DNA of 43,813 nucleotides from Pseudomonadota bacterium (GCA_040385805.1 JAZKGS010000069.1:1-43813); one strand, 5' to 3'. Shown: positions 19,522-29,859, numbered from the stretch's first letter. Numbers and translations: made by a program. Notes: generated by a model not told the origin, from the sequence alone.

Positions 19522-20784
19522 ATGAACCATTTTGATCTCATCAATGGCGTTCTTCACGCCGAAAACGTGCCGCTGTCCGATATTGCGGATGCAGTTGGCA
19601 CGCCAGTCTATGTCTATTCACGCGCAACGCTTGAAAGGCATGCACAGGTTTTTCGCGCGGCGCTGTCGGGTCTGGATAACCCGCATTTGGCCTTTGCGGT
19701 GAAATCCAACCCGAATCTGGCAGTGCTCAAGGTGCTCGCACGGCAGGGCTATGGCGCCGACGTCGTTTCCGGCGGGGAAATGGACCGCGCGCTAGCCGCT
19801 GGCATGGCAGCAGAAGATATCGTGTTTTCAGGCGTGGGTAAGACCGCTGAAGAGATCACGCGCGCGCTGAAGGCTGGCATTGGCCAGTTCAACATCGAGT
19901 CTGAAGAGGAAGGCGAAGAGCTTGCCGCGCTATCCACAGCGCTTGGCCTGACCGCGCAAGCCGTCTTGCGCATTAACCCCGATGTGGACGCTGGCACGCA
20001 CGGCAAGATTTCGACGGGCAAGGCGGACAATAAATTTGGCGTTGGCATCCACCGCGCGCCGGAAATTTACGCCCGCCTGAGCGTCTTACCGAACCTGAAT
20101 ATGCGCGGCGTCGCCCTGCATATCGGTAGCCAACTGACCAGCCTTGAACCGCTTGAAACCGCCTTTCAGAAGGTTGGCGTGCTGTTACAGGAATTGCGTG
20201 CAGCAGGCCATGAAGTGACGCATGTTGACTTGGGTGGCGGCCTTGGCGTGCGCTATCGGGACGGAGACAATCCGCCCGAGCCAGCCGATTATGGCGCTAT
20301 GGTTGCGCGCGTGACGAAGGACTGGGGTGTCCGACTGATGTTCGAACCCGGCCGCGTCATTGCGGGCAATGCCGGCATATTGCTGACGCGAGTCATCCGC
20401 GTAAAGCCCGGCGCGGGCAATGCGCCGTTCGTCATCGTCGATGCTGCCATGAACGATCTGGCCCGCCCGGCGCTTTATGATGCATGGCATGACTTTGAAT
20501 CGGTTGCGCCAAATGGCGAGAAGATGCTGGCCAATATCGTTGGCCCCGTATGCGAAACCGGCGACACCTTCGCCATGGGCCGTGAGATTGACCCGGTAGT
20601 TGCCAATGACCTCGCCATTTTCCGCACAGCGGGCGCTTATGGTGCGACGATGGCGAGCACTTACAACAGCCGTGGCCTTGTACCCGAAGTGCTCGTCGAC
20701 GGCGACAAATTCGCGGTCGTCGCGGAACGGATTTCGCCTGAGACGATCCTGGCAGCGGAACATGTGCCCGACTGGCTGAAATAG
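19522..20784 (+). CDS. lysA: Diaminopimelate decarboxylase
   Basis: AVKSN (PLP Lys), HIGSQ, DLGGG, EPGR, GPVCETGD and GAYG motifs. Confidence 0.97.
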   Translation: MNHFDLINGVLHAENVPLSDIADAVGTPVYVYSRATLERHAQVFRAALSGLDNPHLAFAVKSNPNLAVLKVLARQGYGADVVSGGEMDRALAAGMAAEDIVFSGVGKTAEEITRALKAGIGQFNIESEEEGEELAALSTALGLTAQAVLRINPDVDAGTHGKISTGKADNKFGVGIHRAPEIYARLSVLPNLNMRGVALHIGSQLTSLEPLETAFQKVGVLLQELRAAGHEVTHVDLGGGLGVRYRDGDNPPEPADYGAMVARVTKDWGVRLMFEPGRVIAGNAGILLTRVIRVKPGAGNAPFVIVDAAMNDLARPALYDAWHDFESVAPNGEKMLANIVGPVCETGDTFAMGREIDPVVANDLAIFRTAGAYGATMASTYNSRGLVPEVLVDGDKFAVVAERISPETILAAEHVPDWLK

Positions 20785-20793
20785 GAATATACG

Positions 20794-21573
20794 TTGGATC
20801 AACTGCCGATATTTGTGAACCTGAAAGGCAGGAATGTCATTTTGGTCGGTGAAGGCGAAATGGCGGATGCGAAACGTCGGCTGATTGAACGCGCTGGTGG
20901 CAATTGCGTTGATGCAGGTCACTTGGATGCGCGGATCGCTTTTGTCGCCATCGCAGACGAAGACGAAGCACGCGCCGCTGCCGATGATTTGAAAGCGCGC
21001 GGCTTGCTCGTCAACGTCGTGGACCGCCCCGAAATTTGCGATTTCACCACGCCGGCGATTGTCGACAGGACGCCCGTTTTGGTGGCGGTGGGCACAGGTG
21101 GCGCGTCGGCGGGTATGGCAAAGGCCATTCGTCAGCGGATTGAGACGTTATTGCCCGAAACTTTAGGTCCGCTGGCCGATGCGATTGCTGGCGCGCGCGA
21201 CAAAATTCGTGAACGCTGGCCAGAGGGGCCGCAACGCCGCCGCGCGCTAGATAAGGGCTTTGCCGCTGGTGGCATGCTAGACCCTTTTGCAAACCACGCA
21301 CCTAACTCCGTTCAAAACTGGATTGATGTCGCAGCGGAGCCAAAAGGCGATCGCATGATTGAAATCGCGTTGCTGTCGGACAATCCCGACGACCTGACAT
21401 TGCTGACGGCGCGGCTGTTGGGTGAGGCCGACCATGTTTTTCATGACGTCGAAGTGCCAGCGGCAATCCTAAACCGGGCCCGCGCCGATGCGGTACGGCA
21501 CGCAGGTGCGCCGCCTTTGCCAGCGCCAGAGGGCTTGTCACTGTTCCTACGGTTGCCGTCCGCGCATGGATAG
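20794..21573 (+). CDS. cysG: Precorrin-2 dehydrogenase / sirohydrochlorin ferrochelatase (CysG N-terminal module)
   Basis: LPIF, VGEGEMA..K, VNVVDRP..CDF..PAIVDR and GTGGAS motifs; only a remnant of the methyltransferase domain follows. Confidence 0.85.
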   Translation: MDQLPIFVNLKGRNVILVGEGEMADAKRRLIERAGGNCVDAGHLDARIAFVAIADEDEARAAADDLKARGLLVNVVDRPEICDFTTPAIVDRTPVLVAVGTGGASAGMAKAIRQRIETLLPETLGPLADAIAGARDKIRERWPEGPQRRRALDKGFAAGGMLDPFANHAPNSVQNWIDVAAEPKGDRMIEIALLSDNPDDLTLLTARLLGEADHVFHDVEVPAAILNRARADAVRHAGAPPLPAPEGLSLFLRLPSAHG

Positions 21574-21611
21574 GGCATGACGTTGGCCTGAACAGTCGCA
21601 AGGTCGCCATT

Positions 21612-22415
21612 TTGTCTGCTTTTCCATCAAAAATCTGTTTCTACGGCTGCGGCAATATGGGCAGCGCGATGCTGCGCGGCTGGCTTGTCGCAGGGGTGTC
21701 GCCTGACATATTCCACGTCGTCGATCCGGTCGCCGAAAACCTGCCAGCAGGCGTAGCTGTATCGCGGTCGGCATCAGACGTTGGACAGCAGTTCGATGTT
21801 CTAATTCTTGGCATCAAACCGCAGCTTTTGGGCACGCTAGCAGGGGAGATCGCAAGTTTGCTTGCCCCCGGCGCATTGGTGATTTCGATACTCGCTGGAA
21901 CAACCACACAGACACTGACAACGGCCTTTCCGATGGCACGCATCATTCGGTTGATGCCAAATTTGGCGGCAGCCATCGGGAAATCACCACTCGCCATATT
22001 TGCGACAGAAACCACGCAGCGGGCGGAAATTGCAAGCTGGCTGGCTCCTTTAGGATCCGTCATCTGGGTCGACGACGAAAGCCAGATGGACGCGGTTACC
22101 GCGCTTGCTGGTTCTGGCCCCGCCTTTGTGTACCGTGTCATCGACGCGCTCACCAAAGGCGGTGAAGCGGCGGGACTGCCGCAGGGGGTTGCCGCGCATC
22201 TTGCCATAGCTATGACCGAAGGTGCCGCGATATTGGCCGCAACTTCGACCGAAACGCCTGGTGAACTCGCCGCGCGCGTTACCAGTCCTGGCGGCACCAC
22301 CGCCGCCGGGCTTTCGGTGCTGGACGCCAATAATGCTTTGGATGCATTGATGACGAATACGCTGCGCGCTGCGCGCGACCGGGGGATAGAATTGGCAATG
22401 GGAGAAACCAAATGA
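21612..22415 (+). CDS. proC: Pyrroline-5-carboxylate reductase
   Basis: GCGNMG, IKPQ, RLMPN, GSGPAF and VTSPGGTT motifs; TTG start. Confidence 0.95.
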   Translation: MSAFPSKICFYGCGNMGSAMLRGWLVAGVSPDIFHVVDPVAENLPAGVAVSRSASDVGQQFDVLILGIKPQLLGTLAGEIASLLAPGALVISILAGTTTQTLTTAFPMARIIRLMPNLAAAIGKSPLAIFATETTQRAEIASWLAPLGSVIWVDDESQMDAVTALAGSGPAFVYRVIDALTKGGEAAGLPQGVAAHLAIAMTEGAAILAATSTETPGELAARVTSPGGTTAAGLSVLDANNALDALMTNTLRAARDRGIELAMGETK

Positions 22416-24016
22416 AGTTGAAAATCGCACTCGTTTTAACTTGCGCCCTCGCGCAGCCAGCCACGGCTTCGCTGGCAACGCCGCCCACGACCGCACAGGC
22501 CAGTTCCAATCTTGCTAAAGCAGGGCCGATTGAAAATTTTGACCTGTCACAACTTGCCGACGGCATTGATAATGGCGCGCTCAACAGCGAAGCGATTACT
22601 GCTGCGTACCTCGCACGAATTGCAGCGGTGGATGACAGCGGGCCAACGCTGAACGCCGTCATCGCCACCTTCCCCGACGCGCTTGACCAAGCCCGCGCAA
22701 TGGACGCCGAATTGCGCGCCGGCAAATATCGCGGGCCAATGCACGGCATTCCCATTTTGGTGAAGGACAATGTTGAGGTTGCAGGCCCAATTGCCACCAC
22801 CGCCGGATCGCTGGCGCTTGCGGGCAATATCACTAATCGTGACGCGCCGCTGATCGCGCGCTTGCGCGAGGCAGGCGCAGTGATCTTGGGCAAAACCAAC
22901 CTAAGCGAATGGGCCAATATCCGCTCGGACAATTCCACCAGCGGCTGGAGCGCGGTTGGCGGCTTAACCAAGAACCCGCATGCGCTTGACCGCAACAGTT
23001 GCGGCTCCTCCAGCGGCAGCGGTTCGGCAGCGGCAGCAGCGCTTGCCGCAGGAACGATCGGTACTGAAACCGACGGTTCAATCACCTGCCCCGCTGGCGT
23101 CAACGGCGTGGTGGGTTTCAAGCCAACGGTCGGACTGGTGTCACGCCGCTTTGTTGTGCCCATCAGCCACAGTCAGGATACCGCAGGACCAATGACCCGC
23201 TCGGTACGGGATGCGGCTATCATGTTGACCGCAATGGCCGGTAGCGATGCGCAGGACATAGCGACCGCAGATGCAGACCGCTGGCGGGGCAATTATGCCG
23301 CTGGCCTATCCGTCGATGCCCTGAAAGGCATGCGTATCGGCGTCATCCGTGCGCCGCAAGCCGATGCTGCCTTATTTGATGCGGCCATTGCCAAGTTGAA
23401 AGATGGCGGCGCTGAGGTCGTCGTTCTCGACGCAAGCAAGATTGATCGGCAGAAAATTGGTGAAGGCGAGTTCAAGGTTTTGCTGGCGGAGCTAAAAGCG
23501 GATCTCGCCGCTTATTTACAAGGCCTTCCCGACGGTCTCGTGCCGCACAAAACATTGGCCGATATCATCGCTTTCAACAAGGCAAACGCCGACAAGGAAT
23601 TGCAATATTTCGGCCAAGACACCTTCGAGACGGCGGACAAGGAAAAAGGGCTGGATGACCCTGCTTATTTGGAAGCGCTCGCGACGTCACGCGGGCTTTC
23701 GACCAATGCACTCAATCAATTGTTTGCAAATAACAAGGTCGATATCATCATCGCACAAACCAATGGCGCGGCATGGCTATCAACTCTCGGCAAGGGCGAC
23801 GCCTTTTCCGGGCCGAGCGCAAGCCAATTGCCTGCGGTCGCTGGCTTCCCGCATTTGACGGTACCGATGGGCCTTTCTGGCGGCTTACCGATTGGGCTCA
23901 GCTTCATTGGACCAAAATGGCATGACCACAATGTTCTAAAGGCTGGCTTTGCCTATGAGCAGCTTTCAAAGGCCCGCGTGGCCCCCCAATTTCCTGCAAG
24001 CGTGGCGAGCAAATAA
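22412..24016 (+). CDS. Amidase-signature family enzyme, exported
   Basis: Signal peptide, GIPILVKDN, GSSSGS and GTETDGSI motifs. Confidence 0.93.
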   Translation: MKLKIALVLTCALAQPATASLATPPTTAQASSNLAKAGPIENFDLSQLADGIDNGALNSEAITAAYLARIAAVDDSGPTLNAVIATFPDALDQARAMDAELRAGKYRGPMHGIPILVKDNVEVAGPIATTAGSLALAGNITNRDAPLIARLREAGAVILGKTNLSEWANIRSDNSTSGWSAVGGLTKNPHALDRNSCGSSSGSGSAAAAALAAGTIGTETDGSITCPAGVNGVVGFKPTVGLVSRRFVVPISHSQDTAGPMTRSVRDAAIMLTAMAGSDAQDIATADADRWRGNYAAGLSVDALKGMRIGVIRAPQADAALFDAAIAKLKDGGAEVVVLDASKIDRQKIGEGEFKVLLAELKADLAAYLQGLPDGLVPHKTLADIIAFNKANADKELQYFGQDTFETADKEKGLDDPAYLEALATSRGLSTNALNQLFANNKVDIIIAQTNGAAWLSTLGKGDAFSGPSASQLPAVAGFPHLTVPMGLSGGLPIGLSFIGPKWHDHNVLKAGFAYEQLSKARVAPQFPASVASK

Positions 24017-24017
24017 A

Positions 24018-24491
24018 ATGGCCTTTGGCAAACCTGATCTGGGCAGCATAGTGCCCAACGGCGCAGGCTTCGACCCCGCTTTGGTCAATAAGATGATGGG
24101 CAAATTTGGCCATGGCGGGTTTCTCGGCATGGAATATATTGGCCATGGTGATGATTGGGTTGAGCTCGCCATCGACTGGCGCGAAGATCTTGTTGCTGAT
24201 CCCGATACCGGCATATTGGCGTCCGCCGTCATCATCAGTCTGATGGACAACGCAACCAGCATGTCGATTTGGACGAAGTTAGGCGAATTTAGGCCGCAAG
24301 TGACGATGGACTTGCGCATTGACTATCTGCGGCCTTCTCCGTCGGGGAAGCGCGTTTATGGCCGCGGCATTTGCTATCATCTGACCAACAGCATCGGCTT
24401 TGTGCGTGGCTTTGCGCATAATGGCAATCCCGATGAACCTCTGGCGCATGCCAGCGGAACATTCATCCGCATCGGAGATCGCGTATCATGA
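24018..24491 (+). CDS. PaaI-family hot-dog thioesterase
   Basis: GILASAVIISLMD and TMDLRIDYLRP motifs. Confidence 0.87.
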   Translation: MAFGKPDLGSIVPNGAGFDPALVNKMMGKFGHGGFLGMEYIGHGDDWVELAIDWREDLVADPDTGILASAVIISLMDNATSMSIWTKLGEFRPQVTMDLRIDYLRPSPSGKRVYGRGICYHLTNSIGFVRGFAHNGNPDEPLAHASGTFIRIGDRVS

Positions 24492-24898
24492 GCGATATGC
24501 ACAGCTTCCTTCCGCCTTATGCCCGTGCACTCGACATGACTATTGCTGACGAACTGGACGGCGCGCCCGTCATCGCCATGCCCTTTGCCGACCGCGTTCA
24601 GGGTCGTCCGGGCTTCCTGCATGGTGGTGCTATATCAGGCCTGCTGGAGATTGCAGCGATTGCCGCCATTCACCGCGCCTTGCGCGCGAAGGGCAGCGAC
24701 TCCGCGATCAAACAAGTCAATGTTACCGTCGACTTCATGCGCGGCGGCGTTAACCAGATGACTTTTGCTGTTGGCGAAGTCACGCGTCTTGGCCGGACGA
24801 TGGCAAATGTCGAGGCAAGGGCATGGCAGGAAGACAGGGATAAACCCATCGCCATGGGCTATATGCATTATCTGATTAAGGCAAAGCGCGAGGGTTAG
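24488..24898 (+). CDS. PaaI-family hot-dog thioesterase
   Basis: LHGGAISGLLE and TVDFMR motifs; translationally coupled to the previous gene. Confidence 0.87.
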   Translation: MSDMHSFLPPYARALDMTIADELDGAPVIAMPFADRVQGRPGFLHGGAISGLLEIAAIAAIHRALRAKGSDSAIKQVNVTVDFMRGGVNQMTFAVGEVTRLGRTMANVEARAWQEDRDKPIAMGYMHYLIKAKREG

Positions 24899-24904
24899 TC
24901 GACT

Positions 24905-25417
24905 TTACGCCTCGCCATGCGTCTCGATCAGGGCGCTGGCAATGGCCTCTTCAGGGGTTTTGTCGCCCCAGATGATGAATTGGAATACCGGATAGAAACG
25001 CTCACATTCGTCAATTGCGACGTCAATGATTGTCTGCGCCTGGTCGACACCCAACAATCCGTTGGAGGCCATCAGGCTGCCGTGACGGAACAATAATATA
25101 CCGTTTGCCGACCACATGTCGAAATGGCCAAGCCATAATTGTTCGTTGATGAGACCAAGCGCGGTATAGACGCTCGCACGCTTGTCATTTGGCACCGTGA
25201 TGTCAGGCAGGATGATCAGTTGAAGCGCGTTGTCTTCCTCACGCCAAATCGCGCGAAGCTGATAGCTTGCCCAACTCCCCTTATACTCGGCGGTGATTTC
25301 ATCTTCACCTTCGAGTTCAAACGACCAGCCACGCGCTTCGAACAGCGCCGCGAGCATGTCTACAGGCGCGGATTCATCGCGTTCGAATTGCTCATATTGT
25401 TCGTCTGCATCGTGCAT
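24905..25417 (-). CDS. YbjN-domain protein
   Basis: INEQLWLGHFD and ECERFYPVFQF..W.K.PEEA....ET.GEA, as in the alphaproteobacterial YbjN family. Confidence 0.87.
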   Translation of the reverse strand: MHDADEQYEQFERDESAPVDMLAALFEARGWSFELEGEDEITAEYKGSWASYQLRAIWREEDNALQLIILPDITVPNDKRASVYTALGLINEQLWLGHFDMWSANGILLFRHGSLMASNGLLGVDQAQTIIDVAIDECERFYPVFQFIIWGDKTPEEAIASALIETHGEA

Positions 25418-25524
25418 GCTGATTGCGCCTGTAGTGTTGCATTGAGTCTGCCCCTTGCCTGACTCGCATGCAAGGGACTTACGTCAACGCGCAACATTAG
25501 GCTGTGGGCCAACTGTGGAAAAGT

Positions 25525-25833
25525 TTAAGCTGGTCCGTCGTTTGGCTTCATTGCAGGCTTTGCCTTGGCGGGTGCCGCCTTGCTCTTTACCTGTAACGCC
25601 GCCTCCAAAGCAGCGACTCGTTTGCCTAATGCATCGGCCTCGGCGCGGGCGTTGGCTGCGAGCGTTTTGACGGCGTCAAATTCTTCGCGCGTCACAAGGT
25701 CAAGACCGCCGGCCCATTCCCGCGCACGTTCCCGCATGCTAGCCTCGGCCTCGCGGCCCATGCCCGCCACGGTTCCGGCAACGCCGTTCAGTACCTTGGC
25801 CAAATCATCAAAAATGCGCTTTTCGCTTTGCAT
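25525..25833 (-). CDS. ubiK: UbiK/BMFP-family accessory factor
   Basis: DLVTREEFDAVK motif followed by a coiled coil. ATG 25842 is an alternative start. Confidence 0.85.
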   Translation of the reverse strand: MQSEKRIFDDLAKVLNGVAGTVAGMGREAEASMRERAREWAGGLDLVTREEFDAVKTLAANARAEADALGKRVAALEAALQVKSKAAPAKAKPAMKPNDGPA

Positions 25834-25870
25834 GTCATTCACTCCATTTCGGTCAGGGGATGTACCGATA

Positions 25871-26425
25871 TCAACCTATCTGGGAAGTCGCAGCCGGAAC
25901 GTAAAGGCTTTCGGCGTCAGGATTAAGCTGATCGATCTTGAAATTCAGGATCGAGGCGAAGCTGATCCACACCAAATAGGGCACCATTAGCCATGCCGCC
26001 GCCTTGCGAACCCGCGCAAATGCGAAGGTTGTCGCAATCGCCAGCCCGAGCATCGCGATGATGATGAAGAACGCGGTTGTCACCTGATGCGCGCCAAAAA
26101 ATATCGGTGACCATGTAAGGTTAATCACAAATTGTGACAGGAAAAGGCCAATCGCCATATTGCGATGACGCGCCCCGCGCGCGTGCAGCACCATCGCAAA
26201 GGCAAGGCCCAGCATGAAATATAGGGTCGGCCAAACGACGCCAAATACCCAGCCCGGTGGTTGAATATCGGGCTTGATCAGTGTTTGATACCACGCATTT
26301 TCAGCCGTTGATCCAGACATTGTACCGGAAAGAAAACCTAGAAACATGATCGTGGGAACAACGAACAGCGCCCAGCGCACAAACGACATGCGCAACTGCG
26401 ACGGGGATGCAAGCTGGTTCATCAT
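25871..26425 (-). CDS. tspO: TspO/MBR-family sensory protein
   Basis: WY..L.KP..QPPGWVFGVVW, N..WSPIFFG and PYLVW..FA..LN motifs. Confidence 0.92.
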   Translation of the reverse strand: MMNQLASPSQLRMSFVRWALFVVPTIMFLGFLSGTMSGSTAENAWYQTLIKPDIQPPGWVFGVVWPTLYFMLGLAFAMVLHARGARHRNMAIGLFLSQFVINLTWSPIFFGAHQVTTAFFIIIAMLGLAIATTFAFARVRKAAAWLMVPYLVWISFASILNFKIDQLNPDAESLYVPAATSQIG

Positions 26426-26501
26426 AGGGCTCCGGGCAAAATCAGCGCGATTCGATTAGATACGCAGGTCTTCAAAACATAGCACTGGCGGTAAATAGAA
26501 C

Positions 26502-26533
26502 AAGGCCGCCTATCCGGTTGGATAGACGGCCTT
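26502..26533. terminator. Hairpin terminator downstream of the M16 operon (possibly bidirectional)
   Basis: aaggccgcctatcc-ggtt-ggatagacggcctt. Confidence 0.72.
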
Positions 26534-26575
26534 TTGTTTGGTAATCGGACACATTGCGTGCCGATAACGTCGTTC

Positions 26576-26875
26576 TTACTTGCGTGTGCCCGACAGGCCC
26601 ATCGAACCGAAGGCACCTGCCTTCACTTCGCCAGTCATAGCATCGCCAGATACGGTTGCGGTGGCGTCCAGATGCATCGGCATTGGGACAGTGATATCCA
26701 TGCCCCAGCTCAAGGTATCGCCGTCGACGGTGCCATTGGCGATGTCCATGGAACCAAGTCCACCTGACATTTGGCCTGAAAAGCTGCCGCCGTCGCTGTT
26801 CACGGTCAACACGGCTTTCTGGTCACCCATTGGGCTTTTGATTGTTACGTCCCAATCGCCATCAACTGCTGCCAT
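26576..26875 (-). CDS. Small hypothetical beta-rich protein
   Basis: RBS AAGGAG, host-like codon use, 11 bp downstream of the M16 gene. Confidence 0.8.
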   Translation of the reverse strand: MAAVDGDWDVTIKSPMGDQKAVLTVNSDGGSFSGQMSGGLGSMDIANGTVDGDTLSWGMDITVPMPMHLDATATVSGDAMTGEVKAGAFGSMGLSGTRK

Positions 26876-26886
26876 AATCTTGCTCC

Positions 26887-29766
26887 TTATTTCGATGAGT
26901 TGCTGGCACTGGTGTTAGCAGCTTCAGTCACCATTTCAATTGGCAATCCAAGCGCTTCCAGCTGCGGCTTTACCTTTGCCGCATCGCCAACGACAAGCCA
27001 TGTAATCTTGGATGGATCAACCTTGACGCGCATTTCTTCATTCAGCGCCTTTGTGGTCAGCGCATTATATTTGTCCGCCAATGTTTCGGCATAGTTGAAT
27101 GGCCGGTTGTTCAGGCGATCAGACTGCATTTGCCCAAGCACTGCCGACGATTGTTCATAGCTGCCGGGCAGTTCCAGGACATTACCCTTGACGGTCTTTT
27201 CCAGTTCTTCAGCCGTAACAGGCTTACCGCCGTTAAAGTCCTTCAACTGGTCTATCAACACCTTGACCGATGGTCCGGTCTGGTTGGTCTGTACTGGCGC
27301 AAACATGTAAAATGGGACGCGGTCTTCGGCGCCGTTGACTTGTGAACGCACGCCATAGGACCAACCCTTGGTTTCACGCAGGTCCATGTTGATACGCGAC
27401 AGGAAGTCACCACCGAAAATCTCGTTCGCTGCGCGCAAGGTCAACAAATCGTCTGATCCCTTTGCGTCGAGAACAAGACCGGCAAGCACCAAAGACTGTG
27501 GCGAATTGGGACGATCGATCAGCAAAATCTTTGATTGCGGCGCTGGCAAGGCCACACCAAAATTCTTTGCCGGTGCAGCTGCTGCAGTTGGCATCCACTT
27601 ACCGAAACGTTGTTCAAGCATTGGCTTGATCTCGTTGAGGTTGGTGTCGCCGACGACAAAGATCTCTGCCTTGGCGGGGTGCATCCACGACTGGTGGAAA
27701 TTGGAGACATCGGCGCGGCTGATGGTCGCAACCGTTTCTGCATAACCGCTGCCGGTTTGCGGTCCGCCATACGGATGCCCCTTGCCATAGAGCAAAGGCG
27801 GCATGCGGCGCACGGCAATACCCTGCGGCTGGTTATCTTCCGACTTGATCCGCGTCAGTTGTTGAACGCGCACGCGCTCCAGTTCCTTGGTGGCAAATGC
27901 CGGATTTTTGATCACATCGGCAAGCAAATCGAGCGACTGGCCAAGGTTTGGCTTTACCGCACGAAGGCTTGCTACAGTCCGGTCAAGCGACGAACCAACG
28001 CTTACGTCAGCGCCCAATTTCTCTTCGGTTTCGGCAATCTGCGTTGAGGTTAGCGATGTTGTGCCTTCCATCAGCATGGTCGACATCATCGATGCAATAC
28101 CGCGCTTGTCAACCGGGTCGGCGGCATAGCCGGCATTGAAGCTGACCGCCACGCGGACCGTTGGCACGGCCGCACGCCGTGCGAAGAAAACCTTGATACC
28201 ATTGCTCAAGGTTGTTTCTTCAACGGTCGGAAAATCCAAAGCCGGATTGCTTGTTGGCTCAGGGAATTTGCTGCGATCCTGAAACGCAATTGGCGAAGAC
28301 ACGGAAGCATCTTCCGCACCGGGTGGCGCATAAAATGCAGGAGCAGTCAGTGTACCCGTGCGGCTGCCCGCGCCAGCGGCAACTTCCTGATAAGCTTCAC
28401 GCTCACCGGGTTCGACGCGGATTTCGAGCACTGGGCGCGTGAGCCATTTTTGCATAGCGGCCTTGACCGCCTCTGGCTTTGCCGAGGCAAGCCGCTCCAG
28501 TTCCTTTTTGTAGAACGACGAATCGCCCACATAAAGTTCGCCTTCGGCCAAAGCGACTGCCTTACCGCCAAAGCCACCGACTTGCTCAAGCCCGTCGATT
28601 TGCTGGGCGATATTGCTTGCGGCCACGCGCTGAACTTCTTCTGCCGTTGGGCCAGTTTTGATATAATCCGCCAAAATTTCATCAAGACGCTTTGCCACCG
28701 CATCGGCATCTCCGCCCGGTTTCACGTCAGCTTGAATGTTGACCAAGCTGCCATGCACAAACGGAATGAGGTATGCAGAAACGCCAACCGCGCTCTGTTC
28801 CTGACGGACCAGAATGTTATCCAGACGCGAGCTCGACAGGCCGCCAAGTGCGCTCATGGCGATGAACAGCGAATTCGCATCGGGATCAGCAAGACCCGGC
28901 ACCACCCAGTTGCGATAGATACGCGTGGTGGGCACCTTGTCCTTCATGACGATTTTGACGTCTTTTTCGAGCGTCGGTATCGGCGCGTTCACAGGCGCAA
29001 CTTCCTTGCCGCGCTTGATGCTGCCGAACCATTTTTCCACCAGCGGCTTTGCCTGCGCTGCGTTGATGTCGCCGGCCAGAACGAGAATGGCGTTGTTGGG
29101 GCCGTAATGGTCGGTGAACCAGTTTTTCATGTCATCAAGGGACGCCGCGGACAAGTCTTCAAGGCTGCCGATGGTGTCGTGATGATAGGGGTGGCCAACG
29201 GGGAACAGCGTCGCTGAACGCTTATAGTCGACAAGGCCGTATGGCTGATTGTCCCCCTGACGCTTTTCATTCGACACAACGCCGATTTGGTTATCAAGCT
29301 TTTCCTTGGTTACGGCGTTGAGCAAATAGCCCATGCGATCGCTTTCCAGGAACAAAGCGGATTCCAGCGCCGTTGTCGGAACCGTCTGGAAATAGTTGGT
29401 GCGGTCCAACCATGTGGTGCCGTTCAGGTCGGTTGCGCCGATTTTCTTCGTGTATTCGAAATAATCGCCAGGCGCGTTTTCGCTGCCGTTGAACATGATA
29501 TGTTCGAACAAATGGGCGTAGCCGGTTTTACCCTTTGGTTCGTTCTTAGAACCAACGCCATACCAGATGGACACAGCAACGATGGGGGCCTTACGGTCTT
29601 CATGGACCAGAACGGTCAGGCCATTGTCTAGCGTAAATTTCTCATGCGGGATGTTTACCGCCTCCACCAGTTTCGAAACCGGTGCTGGGGTCTGCGCCAA
29701 GGCGGGTGCCTGCGCCACGAGCACTGAGCCCGACATCATAAGTGCAAGGGTTAATTTACGGATCAT
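26887..29766 (-). CDS. M16-family (pitrilysin-like) zinc metallopeptidase, exported
   Basis: Signal peptide, HLFEH (HxxEH), NGTT..DRTNY, and a second inactive half with LRETKGWSYG. Confidence 0.94.
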   Translation of the reverse strand: MIRKLTLALMMSGSVLVAQAPALAQTPAPVSKLVEAVNIPHEKFTLDNGLTVLVHEDRKAPIVAVSIWYGVGSKNEPKGKTGYAHLFEHIMFNGSENAPGDYFEYTKKIGATDLNGTTWLDRTNYFQTVPTTALESALFLESDRMGYLLNAVTKEKLDNQIGVVSNEKRQGDNQPYGLVDYKRSATLFPVGHPYHHDTIGSLEDLSAASLDDMKNWFTDHYGPNNAILVLAGDINAAQAKPLVEKWFGSIKRGKEVAPVNAPIPTLEKDVKIVMKDKVPTTRIYRNWVVPGLADPDANSLFIAMSALGGLSSSRLDNILVRQEQSAVGVSAYLIPFVHGSLVNIQADVKPGGDADAVAKRLDEILADYIKTGPTAEEVQRVAASNIAQQIDGLEQVGGFGGKAVALAEGELYVGDSSFYKKELERLASAKPEAVKAAMQKWLTRPVLEIRVEPGEREAYQEVAAGAGSRTGTLTAPAFYAPPGAEDASVSSPIAFQDRSKFPEPTSNPALDFPTVEETTLSNGIKVFFARRAAVPTVRVAVSFNAGYAADPVDKRGIASMMSTMLMEGTTSLTSTQIAETEEKLGADVSVGSSLDRTVASLRAVKPNLGQSLDLLADVIKNPAFATKELERVRVQQLTRIKSEDNQPQGIAVRRMPPLLYGKGHPYGGPQTGSGYAETVATISRADVSNFHQSWMHPAKAEIFVVGDTNLNEIKPMLEQRFGKWMPTAAAAPAKNFGVALPAPQSKILLIDRPNSPQSLVLAGLVLDAKGSDDLLTLRAANEIFGGDFLSRINMDLRETKGWSYGVRSQVNGAEDRVPFYMFAPVQTNQTGPSVKVLIDQLKDFNGGKPVTAEELEKTVKGNVLELPGSYEQSSAVLGQMQSDRLNNRPFNYAETLADKYNALTTKALNEEMRVKVDPSKITWLVVGDAAKVKPQLEALGLPIEMVTEAANTSASNSSK

Positions 29767-29859
29767 ATTCTGCTCCCATAGCTAAAAACGTTGTGTTCAG
29801 AGATAGCGGCGAAGCCGGCAAACACAACGTAACGACCTAATTTTTTCGACCAACAGCAT

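Noticed and set aside
21641-23163. Long antisense ORFs (256 aa and 294 aa) over proC and the amidase
   Set aside because: They are shadow ORFs of GC-rich coding sequence with no motifs, and the plus-strand genes are clearly real.
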